Of a DNA stretch of 64,000 nt, positions 36,712 to 45,197 are shown in pieces. The stretch's first letter is position 1, and each line of letters begins with the position of its first letter. The notes beneath the pieces were generated by a model. It made no database searches and had not been told where the DNA came from. It saw only the letters and a list, made by a program, of their open reading frames with translations. This stretch comes from a virus (Duplodnaviria; Caudoviricetes), in IMG/VR virus record IMGVR_UViG_3300029288_000120, positions 1-64,000 of that record. The stretch is one strand, 5' to 3'. The position numbers were made by a program, and so were the translations under genes.

Positions 36712-37274
36712 TTTGTACCAGCATGTCTCAAAATAGGATTGTATTGAATAAATATAACTTGATGCGAAAGTCGTACCTTGAAATAGTTCATGCAAATATA
36801 CAAGATCCTATAAGAGGATGTGAAGTTGGTGTTTTTGATGGTGTCTTATCCAATATGCTACTTAGTAGATTCTCTAATCTACACTTGTACATGGTGGATT
36901 GCTATATGAAGGCATCATATAGGTATACACTTGAGGTTATGTCTGAGGCAATGAAAACAGCCCACTTAAATACTGCTAAGTTTGTCAATAGAGCAACTAT
37001 GTTGATAGGTTATTCTCATCAGGTGGTTGGTTTGATACCTGACAGGTCTCTTGATTTTGTATACATAGATGCCAACCATATGAAAAGTCAAGTTGCACGT
37101 GATATAAAATGTTGGTATCCTAAAGTAAGAAGGGGAGGTCTTGTGAGTGGGCACGATTATGATGTTAAAAGAGGAAAGTATAAAGGTGTTGTACTAGCAG
37201 TAGATAAGTTTGCAAGGGACAATGATTATACTGTACATATCAATGATACCAATTGGTGGTTTACGAAACATTAG
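36708..37274 (+). CDS. Class I SAM methyltransferase (Methyltransf_24-like)
   Basis: CEVGVFDG, DFVYIDANH, WYPKVRRGG..SGHDY. Confidence 0.85.
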   Translation: MICTSMSQNRIVLNKYNLMRKSYLEIVHANIQDPIRGCEVGVFDGVLSNMLLSRFSNLHLYMVDCYMKASYRYTLEVMSEAMKTAHLNTAKFVNRATMLIGYSHQVVGLIPDRSLDFVYIDANHMKSQVARDIKCWYPKVRRGGLVSGHDYDVKRGKYKGVVLAVDKFARDNDYTVHINDTNWWFTKH

Positions 37275-37309
37275 CAGAATACAGATACATGGGGGTACTG
37301 TAAAGTACT

Positions 37310-37852
37310 ATGAACAGAACACAGAAAACCCATCTTGTTGTTGAGAATTTGGTTAAAAGCCTCAACAAAAAATGGATACTAGGTTGTGAGGTAGGGGTAT
37401 GGAAAGGGGAGTTATCCAAACACCTGCTGGAAAAGTTTCCCCATCTATTACTGTACATGGTGGACTTTTACCAGAAGCATTCTTATGCAGATCAGGAAGA
37501 AACTTCCCAAGCATTACTAGCAGCACAAGCAAACACTTTTCTGTTTGCTGATAGAAGAGCATTGTTAGTAACTACTTCTGCTAAAGCTTCCTCCTTAATA
37601 CCTGATAGGTCTCTACACTTTGTTTACATAGACGCCAACCATACCTATAACTATGTTAAACAGGATTTGGAATTGTGGTATCCTAAAATAACAAGGGGAG
37701 GCATTTTATGTGGGCACGATTATGGTGGAGTGGGAGATAAAAAGGGTTTCTTTGGTGTGAAGAAAGCTGTGGATGAATTTGTAATGGAAAACAAGTTGAA
37801 GTTAACCATACCAGGGAGTCTAGTATGGTATGTTAGGAGAACAAAAAAGTGA
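37310..37852 (+). CDS. Class I SAM methyltransferase, paralog of 36708..37274
   Basis: CEVGVWKG, FVYIDANH, WYPK..RGG..CGHDY. Confidence 0.85.
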   Translation: MNRTQKTHLVVENLVKSLNKKWILGCEVGVWKGELSKHLLEKFPHLLLYMVDFYQKHSYADQEETSQALLAAQANTFLFADRRALLVTTSAKASSLIPDRSLHFVYIDANHTYNYVKQDLELWYPKITRGGILCGHDYGGVGDKKGFFGVKKAVDEFVMENKLKLTIPGSLVWYVRRTKK

Positions 37853-38361
37853 TTGATGTTGAACTTTTTCAATTTGCAGCACCCCAATCTGCTGGGGTGG
37901 ATTACTACCTGAGGGTTTTGAAGGCAGTGGGCTTAGAAGTTGGCTTGCCTTCTGAAGCCCTTGAACCTTGGAAGGAGAAGGAGAAATCTAAGGGTATCTT
38001 GAGGGTATCATTAGTAAGACATCCATTGGATTTTATGTACAAGGGATGGCAGTTGCAAAAGAAGCAACATCCCATGACTCCCAATTTCTGTGATTGTATG
38101 CTTTTATACGTTAGGGGAAATTGCTCAGTAAATGTAGCGAAGATTTACGAGTCATATGATGCCAACGTTGTGCAAAGATGGGAAGACTGCCCTTGGGCAT
38201 TGATTGAGTTTTTTGATTCCCTAGGAATTCCCAGGTCATTATCAATGAAGGCAAGAAATGTGGAAAAGGAAGTCAGTGTAATTCCTCAATTACCCAAGTA
38301 CCTGCTGGAGGAATTCAAACAGTTAGAACAAGAAGTTTACAATAGATACGATTATTGGTAG
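37849..38361 (+). CDS. Degenerate sulfotransferase-like protein
   Basis: LVRHPLD (3'-PB-like) and RWED; 5'-PSB loop degenerate. Confidence 0.45.
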   Translation: MIDVELFQFAAPQSAGVDYYLRVLKAVGLEVGLPSEALEPWKEKEKSKGILRVSLVRHPLDFMYKGWQLQKKQHPMTPNFCDCMLLYVRGNCSVNVAKIYESYDANVVQRWEDCPWALIEFFDSLGIPRSLSMKARNVEKEVSVIPQLPKYLLEEFKQLEQEVYNRYDYW

Positions 38362-38372
38362 GAAGAACAATT

Positions 38373-39116
38373 ATGAGAGTAGATTTCGTTACACATTGCT
38401 ATGCAAAGCAGTTTCCCCACTTTGCTGCTGCCTTGTACTTACAGTTATCGACAATATGCAATCAGGTTTCAACCAAGCACCAAGCAAGTATTACTGTTTT
38501 CTATTGTGAGGAAGATAGACATACTTGCAATGTTTTGAATCTATTTAGTGATAGCAAAAGAACAAAGTCAGCTACTTTGGCTTGTGTTCCTATGAGAGTA
38601 GAGAATCTAGGAAGGAGATCAATAGGAAGAAACTTTGCAGCAGAAAATACCAGTGCTGATTATGTATGGTTTACCGATGTAGATTATTGGTTTGATGCAA
38701 ATGTAGTCGATGATTTGTGTACTATGCAGTGGCCGAAAGATGCTGTAATGGTATTCCCTCAAAATATCAATATCAGCAAGACGCACGAACTTGGTGACAA
38801 ATTACTAAAGTACTATGCAGGAGTTTATGAAGGTACTACTGGTTCTGTTCCTTACACACCAAATCTACAGGTGAGGGACTATTGTGATAAAACCTACTAC
38901 AAAGCCATTGGTGGCGTACAAATCGTTAAAGGATCATTTGCTACAGAGAATGGTTATGTGCGTGGAGGTAAATGGCAGATACCCTCCACCAAGCCATTCG
39001 GGGACTTCAAGGATGACATAGCATACCGAAATGCTTGTCGTCTGTTAGGAAAAATAGTACCAGTTGAATTGAAAGGTGTCTACCGTATAAGACATACGGA
39101 GACAAGTTATCAGTGA
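38373..39116 (+). CDS. GT2-like glycosyltransferase
   Basis: RSIGRN.AA...ADYVWFTDVD, GG, DD..Y, H. Confidence 0.7.
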   Translation: MRVDFVTHCYAKQFPHFAAALYLQLSTICNQVSTKHQASITVFYCEEDRHTCNVLNLFSDSKRTKSATLACVPMRVENLGRRSIGRNFAAENTSADYVWFTDVDYWFDANVVDDLCTMQWPKDAVMVFPQNINISKTHELGDKLLKYYAGVYEGTTGSVPYTPNLQVRDYCDKTYYKAIGGVQIVKGSFATENGYVRGGKWQIPSTKPFGDFKDDIAYRNACRLLGKIVPVELKGVYRIRHTETSYQ

Positions 39117-39787
39117 GATATCTTAGTGAGTCAAAAGCATTGATTCTACATATACCCAGGACAGGGGGAACATGGGTAGAAAAAGCAATACAACTCTGTA
39201 ATATAGAGTCTAGTCGATGGGTATCAAAACAACCAAACAACTTACCTAAGAAGCATTGTTTGTTGCCTCACATTGCACGCAGGCATGTTTCTGATATAGA
39301 TTTTGTTGCTGCGTTTGTAAGACATCCCATTCCGTATTATGAATCTGTTTGGAAATGGATGAGTAAAACAACTCGAAGTCATATACTGCGAAAGAGATGG
39401 ACTTGGCATCCTCATAAGTGTGCTATTGATGTCTTCAAAAAGAACAAGGATTTCAATGAATGGGTATATAATATGTCTGAGAAACATCCTGGATGGTATT
39501 CCAGGATGGTCAAGATGTATGTAGGACCTCAGGGAGGAGAGTTTTGTGGGTATATTGGTAGAACAGAATCCCTTGTTGATGATTTCTTGGAATTGCTTAC
39601 TGGTTTGGGTTATAAACAACATATGGCAATAGAGAATGAAATAAGAGCGATGGCTGTACCCAATTCTATAGAAGCAAAGATAAACTGGTGTGGGGAGTTA
39701 AAGGGTAAAGTATTGGAACAAGAGCATCAAGTTATCGAAAGATTTTATAGAGGGGAAAATTTACATCGAAGATGCTATACACTTTGA
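39113..39787 (+). CDS. Sulfotransferase family 2 protein
   Basis: LHIPRTGGT (5'-PSB), FVRHP...YES, IGRTESL..D. Confidence 0.8.
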   Translation: MRYLSESKALILHIPRTGGTWVEKAIQLCNIESSRWVSKQPNNLPKKHCLLPHIARRHVSDIDFVAAFVRHPIPYYESVWKWMSKTTRSHILRKRWTWHPHKCAIDVFKKNKDFNEWVYNMSEKHPGWYSRMVKMYVGPQGGEFCGYIGRTESLVDDFLELLTGLGYKQHMAIENEIRAMAVPNSIEAKINWCGELKGKVLEQEHQVIERFYRGENLHRRCYTL

Positions 39788-39802
39788 TATTGGATTGTAA
39801 AA

Positions 39803-40075
39803 ATGGGTGAGCTAACTAGCGTAAAGTACAACAAAATTCTTCTATCTTATGCTGAGTTGCGAAAGGTATTTGGATCTCGTCTTGCTTCAATAAGAAAGAA
39901 CCGGGGATGGACGCAGGAGGTACTGGCATCCAAGTTTGGCACCACCCAAGAAACCATTGCTATATGGGAAGGCAACAAGCAACTCCCCTCACGAAAGAAC
40001 GTAGACAAACTCTGCAAACTCTTGCACATTGACAGGTTCTTTTTCGAACGTGTTGAATCTAATGTGCTTAAATAG
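39803..40075 (+). CDS. XRE-family HTH regulator
   Basis: IRKNRGWTQEVLA...TQETIAIWEGNKQLP. Confidence 0.85.
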   Translation: MGELTSVKYNKILLSYAELRKVFGSRLASIRKNRGWTQEVLASKFGTTQETIAIWEGNKQLPSRKNVDKLCKLLHIDRFFFERVESNVLK

Positions 40076-40193
40076 ATAGTATATCTCTAATATACACTAT
40101 GTGATTTTCAGGGGATTTCTTAGTTTATAGGAAAATTCCTAGAAAAATTCTTGTTTATTTTGGTTATTTTTGCACCATTTCTCCCTGTTGGTA

Positions 40194-40222
40194 TGGACAG
40201 TTATATGGTTTTGACACATAAT
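40194..40222 (+). promoter_or_regulatory. Sigma70-type promoter for the ncRNA and early operon
   Basis: TGGACA-17 bp-CATAAT preceded by an AT-rich tract. Confidence 0.55.
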
Positions 40223-40225
40223 GAT

Positions 40226-40240
40226 AACATCATTGATGTT
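40226..40240. promoter_or_regulatory. Palindromic operator candidate
   Basis: AACATCA-T-TGATGTT over the predicted transcription start. Confidence 0.45.
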
Positions 40241-40650
40241 TGAAATCCTGAAAGGCAGCCGATTGGCAAGGAGTATTTTGCATAGCCCATTTGAGTCCGA
40301 GCGGAGTTAGGGTATGCAAAAGAAAGAACCGGAAATGACCGGGCAAGGGGAAGTTAGTAACGAACGTGAAAACTCCCATTCGCAGTCGATTGGCTCCCAG
40401 CCTAACAAAGCAGGTTTCACCAGGAACCATGAACAATGAGCCTGGTCCCCCTGAGATCAACAGTAGTTGCTAGGGTGAGTTGAAGCTGAGCAGTGGAGGG
40501 TTGGTGACACAAGAGTGTCACTTTCAAACAAAGGATAGTTGTGGTCGACTAACACGGGAATGATTCGATCATAATTGAGCACAGTGGGTAAGCAGTAGCA
40601 AGAATCGAAACAGTCGAAACAATCCCAGTCGAACGACAGAGTGGATTGTT
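40229..40650 (+). ncRNA. Large structured non-coding RNA of unknown class
   Basis: No + strand ORF in the track; about ten nested or serial stems, several with G-U pairs; bounded by a promoter and a hammerhead cleavage site. Confidence 0.6.
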
Positions 40651-40689
40651 CACTGTAACTGGCTATTACAGTGCTGATGAGACAAGCCA
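40613..40689 (+). ncRNA. Type II hammerhead ribozyme
   Basis: GAAA 40616-19, CUGAUGA 40674-80; stems I (8 bp), II (3 bp) and III (7 bp); GUU cleavage triplet; loop I-3' tail pseudoknot. Confidence 0.88.
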
Positions 40690-40719
40690 AGCAAACTCTT
40701 ATTTTAGGAGAGAAGAACA

Positions 40720-41382
40720 ATGTTAGATTTAGTAGTGGGACAAAAAGTCATTTATATTCCACATTATGGTGAAATGCCAAGAATAGCAACGATTACTAAG
40801 GTGTTGAAAACACGTTTCGAAATCAAGGATGAGAATGGCATAATCAAAACAAGATTTGAAGTGAATAGCTGTGGAGTGGATGGGCAAACATTTTACGCAT
40901 ATGGAACTAGAAAGAGCGGGATGGTTGTTGTTTACACTGAAGAGAACATGAAGAAGTTTACGGAAATGGCCCAACAGGAGATTAGCAGAGAGAAAGAAAA
41001 GAAGGAACGACAAGAGAAGGCTAGACTTGAACGAGATATCGAACAGAAGAAACAGATTGAGGAAGTAAAAGAACTGTATCTGCCTGATGACTGGAATGAA
41101 AGAATTCAAAATGAGATTCTCCCAGGGGATCAAAAGATGTATGTCATCAATATGCCAATCCATCCACGATATGTGGAAAACAAAGGATCGTGGGAAAGAT
41201 TAATTGTCAGAATCAAGAAGGAAGAAAGTTGGAGTTGGCAAAAGGCGGGGATGGCATATATGACGTATACTACTTGGGCAAACGAGAAAAGTCAATCCTT
41301 CTCTTCCTGTACAGGTATCAACTATGAGACAGAGGAGGAGGCATTGTGGGACAGTATTCGTAGATGCTACTTTTCATGGTAA
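40720..41382 (+). CDS. Hypothetical early protein
   Basis: AGGAG RBS; first gene after the ribozyme. Confidence 0.7.
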   Translation: MLDLVVGQKVIYIPHYGEMPRIATITKVLKTRFEIKDENGIIKTRFEVNSCGVDGQTFYAYGTRKSGMVVVYTEENMKKFTEMAQQEISREKEKKERQEKARLERDIEQKKQIEEVKELYLPDDWNERIQNEILPGDQKMYVINMPIHPRYVENKGSWERLIVRIKKEESWSWQKAGMAYMTYTTWANEKSQSFSSCTGINYETEEEALWDSIRRCYFSW

Positions 41383-41394
41383 AAAAGGAAAGAT

Positions 41395-41571
41395 ATGAGA
41401 ACAGCTATTAGCACAAGACAACCAAAAGTAGCAGTCGAGTATGACTGCTACAATACCAGAGCTACTAAGGAGTTTACAAATCCTTATGAAGCTCGTAGAT
41501 TTTATGTACTTAAACTTAAACAGGGTAAGAACCCAAAAATCAAGAAGGAGAGCGATCATGCAAACGATTAG
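41395..41571 (+). CDS. 58-aa hypothetical protein
   Basis: MRTAISTRQPKVAVEYDC...; AAGGA RBS; fills the gap. Confidence 0.55.
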   Translation: MRTAISTRQPKVAVEYDCYNTRATKEFTNPYEARRFYVLKLKQGKNPKIKKESDHAND

Positions 41572-41965
41572 TGAGAACATTTACAGACAAATAGGCAGAG
41601 CAAACGAGGTAGCTATGTTTCAGCCACCATTGATGAGAACTGGCGGTGATGGATCAATGATGGAGACATTCACGATAAAACTTGACGGCGTGGATGTTGT
41701 TCAAGTAACCTTCAACACTGGCCAGACCTTCAAAATGGAGAGGGAAGCAATTTTCTCAACACTCCGGAGAATCGTGAAGTCAAGCAAGGAGAAATACCCA
41801 GAGGAGCCTGTTGTGTTGCAAACCTATCGTGTATGGTTTGGTGACAGTGCCGTTCTGGTAAATGCTGCTAATGAAGGTGAAGCAAAATCAAATGTCTGTA
41901 ATCTAGCAGCGGTAAGAAATTACTTACAAGAAGATGGCACTTCTCTAAAAGTAGAGAAGCTATAA
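41558..41965 (+). CDS. Hypothetical protein
   Basis: Start moved to the ATG preceded by AAGGAG. Confidence 0.6.
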   Translation: MQTISENIYRQIGRANEVAMFQPPLMRTGGDGSMMETFTIKLDGVDVVQVTFNTGQTFKMEREAIFSTLRRIVKSSKEKYPEEPVVLQTYRVWFGDSAVLVNAANEGEAKSNVCNLAAVRNYLQEDGTSLKVEKL

Positions 41966-41984
41966 TAAGAGAAAGGAGAACTAC

Positions 41985-42293
41985 ATGCCTTGTTACGAAG
42001 TACGAATGATAAGTGTCAAGTTCAAGATAGGAAATGCTTCCTTGCTTGAACAAGCACTCAAGTCACTGGGCTTGATGCACACAGTTTTTCCAAACCGGAA
42101 ATTGATAACGACAGAAGGCATTTCCCTTGACCTGGAATCGGGCAAAGCCATTGTTTTGGATGGTTACCAAGACAGGTTAAACCAAATCAAACAAGCCTAT
42201 AGCCGCGAGGCGGTCAAAGTAGCGGCCAAGAAGTTTGCCTGGGCAACAAAAACTCAGGGCAGTAACATCACAGTCAACAAAGTGAGGTGGTAA
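41985..42293 (+). CDS. DUF1257/Ycf35-like protein
   Basis: LLEQALKSLG ... IKQAYS...V...AKK..W; near the AAA ATPase. Confidence 0.55.
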   Translation: MPCYEVRMISVKFKIGNASLLEQALKSLGLMHTVFPNRKLITTEGISLDLESGKAIVLDGYQDRLNQIKQAYSREAVKVAAKKFAWATKTQGSNITVNKVRW

Positions 42294-42294
42294 G

Positions 42295-42561
42295 ATGAAA
42301 AGCAGACTACAATCAGATGATAGGATGAGCAATACTGGCTATCATCAGAATGGGGAACCAAACTGGTGGGCCATGGTAGAAGGGAAGGGAAGCCCCCCTC
42401 AGTGGATTGACATACCCAAAACAAGAGGGGATAAGAGATTGAATTGTGTTGTGGATTTACCCCCTGGTACCAAAGTCTATTGTGGGGCCGGTAAAGGAAC
42501 ACACAAAACTGTTCGGTGTCATGTTGTAACTACAGTTTTGGAGGAAGAAAACAATGCCTAA
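42295..42561 (+). CDS. Hypothetical protein
   Basis: Operon packing. Confidence 0.55.
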   Translation: MKSRLQSDDRMSNTGYHQNGEPNWWAMVEGKGSPPQWIDIPKTRGDKRLNCVVDLPPGTKVYCGAGKGTHKTVRCHVVTTVLEEENNA

Positions 42562-42769
42562 AAATTCTTTCAACATCAATATACTAGAGGATGGTATCCT
42601 TAGTATCAACACGGATGACTTCAGTCCAGAAGTACACAAGCAGGCAGATGAGTTCATCAAATACCTTGGTGAACTTATGGGGGGAGAAATGGTTGTGAAG
42701 GAAAAACACACACACTCAAAGCAACACCAACACAGCCACGATCACGGAAAAACTTTTCATACCCATTAA
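42554..42769 (+). CDS. DUF2997-like small protein with His-rich tail
   Basis: INILEDG.L.I.TD.F...; LGELMGG; gene context. Confidence 0.5.
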   Translation: MPKNSFNINILEDGILSINTDDFSPEVHKQADEFIKYLGELMGGEMVVKEKHTHSKQHQHSHDHGKTFHTH

Positions 42770-42797
42770 CAGACGCTAAGCGTTAGGAGAACAAGAA

Positions 42798-42998
42798 ATG
42801 AGACTTATGGGCACGGATGAAATCATTGAGAAGGAAATACAGGATGTTGTCGGTGTGTTTGGTTATACCAGAAAGCAGGCTATCGAGTACCTTGTTACAA
42901 TTGCTGAGGTACAGGGATTCCGTATTGGTATACCCAAGTCACTGGAGAAAGAAATTCTAACCAAGCTGAAAAAGGAGAAACAAAATGGTGGATTTTAA
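42798..42998 (+). CDS. Hypothetical protein
   Basis: AGGAG RBS. Confidence 0.55.
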   Translation: MRLMGTDEIIEKEIQDVVGVFGYTRKQAIEYLVTIAEVQGFRIGIPKSLEKEILTKLKKEKQNGGF

Positions 42999-43632
42999 CC
43001 GACAACCAAAACCAGAGGACATAACAAAGGAAATCCTCAGTGTGTTTGAGTTGATGGAAAAAGAGATGAAGGAAAAGTTTCTACACAGTAGTAGGAGAAT
43101 ACAAGACAAGTCAGACAGGTTTGACGGCAAAGAGTGTGGGGATGTTGATGTAGTTGCTGCTTACATTGCTGCCTCCCTCACTTCAAAGCATGGGGAGAGT
43201 ATTGATTTTGGCAGAATGATGCACAACATATTCGTTTCGTTGTACAAAGCAGGTTACATGGATGGGAAGAAAGATATGTCACCAAGAACTGTGACTGTCA
43301 ACAAGCTGAAGATTTACGACAAGTGTTTGACCAAGATGTTGGAAGCTTGGAGAAAGCTCAGTTATATAATCACCAGTGACAAAGTTTGGCATAGTTTACA
43401 TGAAAAGGACATCGAAGAATTCGATGTCGCCAATACCTTGAAGGATCAAGTATCAGATTCCTTTGCCAGTACTTATTTACATGGAACCAAGGCAATCAAA
43501 GAACTGGCAGATCAGCAAGTAGCCCCTCCACGAGAAGTTTTGCAAGCACTGATGCTCCCTGATTACGATCCCCGGGCAGCTAGAGTCAGAGCAGGATTTC
43601 CCGAGATATTTTACCCCTGGAAAGAAGAATAA
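42985..43632 (+). CDS. Hypothetical protein
   Basis: AAGGAG RBS. Confidence 0.6.
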   Translation: MVDFNRQPKPEDITKEILSVFELMEKEMKEKFLHSSRRIQDKSDRFDGKECGDVDVVAAYIAASLTSKHGESIDFGRMMHNIFVSLYKAGYMDGKKDMSPRTVTVNKLKIYDKCLTKMLEAWRKLSYIITSDKVWHSLHEKDIEEFDVANTLKDQVSDSFASTYLHGTKAIKELADQQVAPPREVLQALMLPDYDPRAARVRAGFPEIFYPWKEE

Positions 43633-43660
43633 CACAAACTCAAAATAAGGAGAACAAAAG

Positions 43661-45142
43661 ATGAATCTAATAGAAAGACTTCGACACGCTCGTCAAGCAG
43701 GTGTACCACTGGTATCAATTGGTACACCTGATGCAGCGGCTACCATACGTCGTGTGGTTAAAGAGCTCAACAACTCACCCATTCTATCATGGGATGTGCA
43801 GAGAGGAGTTCTATCAGCAAACGAATCTGGTCAAACAGCTCTTGGTCAGATAAATAGTGATGATACCAAGGGGAATCCCCTGGGATTGATTGATGAAGCA
43901 ATCAAGCTACCTGAGAAGACCATGCTCTTCATAATGAATGCTCCAAAAGTTGCAGAAGCCACTGGTCTGCCTTGGATTCAGGGAGTATGGAATCTCAGGG
44001 ACGAGTTCAAAGCAGACCAAAGGATGGTGATACTCCTGGGTAGGTCTTCAACAGTTCCCCCTGAGCTGGAAGGGGATGTAGTTTGTATGGAGGAGGAATT
44101 GCCAACAGTAACACAACTCACCAGCATAGTCGATTCATTGGATGATGACGCCTCCCTGGCCAGACCCAAAAGAACACCCACACCAGAAGAAGTAATCAAT
44201 AAGGCAGTGGATGCCGTTTCGGGGTTGTCAGCTTTCTCAGCAGAACAAGCTGTAGCAATGGCCATCCGAGCAGATGGCATAGATCTGGACCTTCTCTGGG
44301 ACATCAAGCGGACAATGATTGAGGAAACCCCTGGGTTATCTTGTTGGAGAGGGGGGGAAAGATTCTCAGATATTGGTGGACTTAAAAACGTCAAAGGGTA
44401 CTGCCAGTCGATGGTCAACGGTCGCAAGAAGTATGGGGCTGTGGTATTCATTGACGAGATTGAGAAGCTATTGGCAGGGGCTACAGAGGGCACTGGGGAC
44501 AGTTCCGGTGTAAGCCAGGGTTTCTTACAGGTACTCCTTACGTACATGCAAGACCACAATGTAAGTGGGATGATTTTCATCGGGCATCCAGGGGCCGGCA
44601 AATCAATGGTAGCCAAGAGCATAGGAGCCGAAGTTGGTATACCCACAATTGCCTTGGATGTCAATGCGATGAAGAGTAGTTTGGTAGGTTCAAGTGAGCA
44701 ACGTATACGAGAAGCAATGAAAGTTGTTACAGCAGTAAGTAATGACAAGCCTTTATTCGTTGCCACTTGCAACAAAATTGCAAACCTTCCCCCTGAGTTA
44801 CGGCGACGATTTACTGCTGGTACATTTTTCTTTGACCTCCCAGATTCCTCAGAGAGAGATGTCATTTGGACATACTACATGGAAAAGTATGAGTTGGAAG
44901 AACAGGAAGGTCCACTAGACGAAGGATGGACAGGGGCTGAAATTAAAGCCTGCTGTCAAGGAGCATGGGAACGCAACGTGTCACTCTTGGAAGCAGCCAA
45001 GTTCATTGTTCCAGTAGCCAAGGCTGATCCAGCCAGGATAAAGAAGCTACAAGATGAGGCTGTTGGTCGTTACATATCAGCCTCATCTGATGGAACATAC
45101 AAAACAGTAAGCACAGAGAAGAAGAGAGTAGTTCGTACTTGA
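43661..45142 (+). CDS. Ycf46-like AAA+ ATPase with permuted Walker motifs
   Basis: DIGGL, VFIDEIEK, GHPGAGKS, LVGSSE, FVATCN..LPPEL.RRF, FFFDLP, WTGAEI. Confidence 0.85.
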   Translation: MNLIERLRHARQAGVPLVSIGTPDAAATIRRVVKELNNSPILSWDVQRGVLSANESGQTALGQINSDDTKGNPLGLIDEAIKLPEKTMLFIMNAPKVAEATGLPWIQGVWNLRDEFKADQRMVILLGRSSTVPPELEGDVVCMEEELPTVTQLTSIVDSLDDDASLARPKRTPTPEEVINKAVDAVSGLSAFSAEQAVAMAIRADGIDLDLLWDIKRTMIEETPGLSCWRGGERFSDIGGLKNVKGYCQSMVNGRKKYGAVVFIDEIEKLLAGATEGTGDSSGVSQGFLQVLLTYMQDHNVSGMIFIGHPGAGKSMVAKSIGAEVGIPTIALDVNAMKSSLVGSSEQRIREAMKVVTAVSNDKPLFVATCNKIANLPPELRRRFTAGTFFFDLPDSSERDVIWTYYMEKYELEEQEGPLDEGWTGAEIKACCQGAWERNVSLLEAAKFIVPVAKADPARIKKLQDEAVGRYISASSDGTYKTVSTEKKRVVRT

Positions 45143-45197
45143 TTTTAAGTTTGAGAAAATTGTTATTAGTAACCCCCCTTAATAAGGAAGAACGAAG

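Noticed and set aside
40230-40720. Short minus-strand ORFs, tRNA or group I/II intron in the non-coding region
   Set aside because: The ORFs oppose the uniform gene orientation and lack motifs; no cloverleaf or intron core was recognised and no gene is interrupted.
43978-44865. 295-aa minus-strand ORF (and 57311..58111)
   Set aside because: Antisense shadows of well-supported + strand genes, with no motifs.
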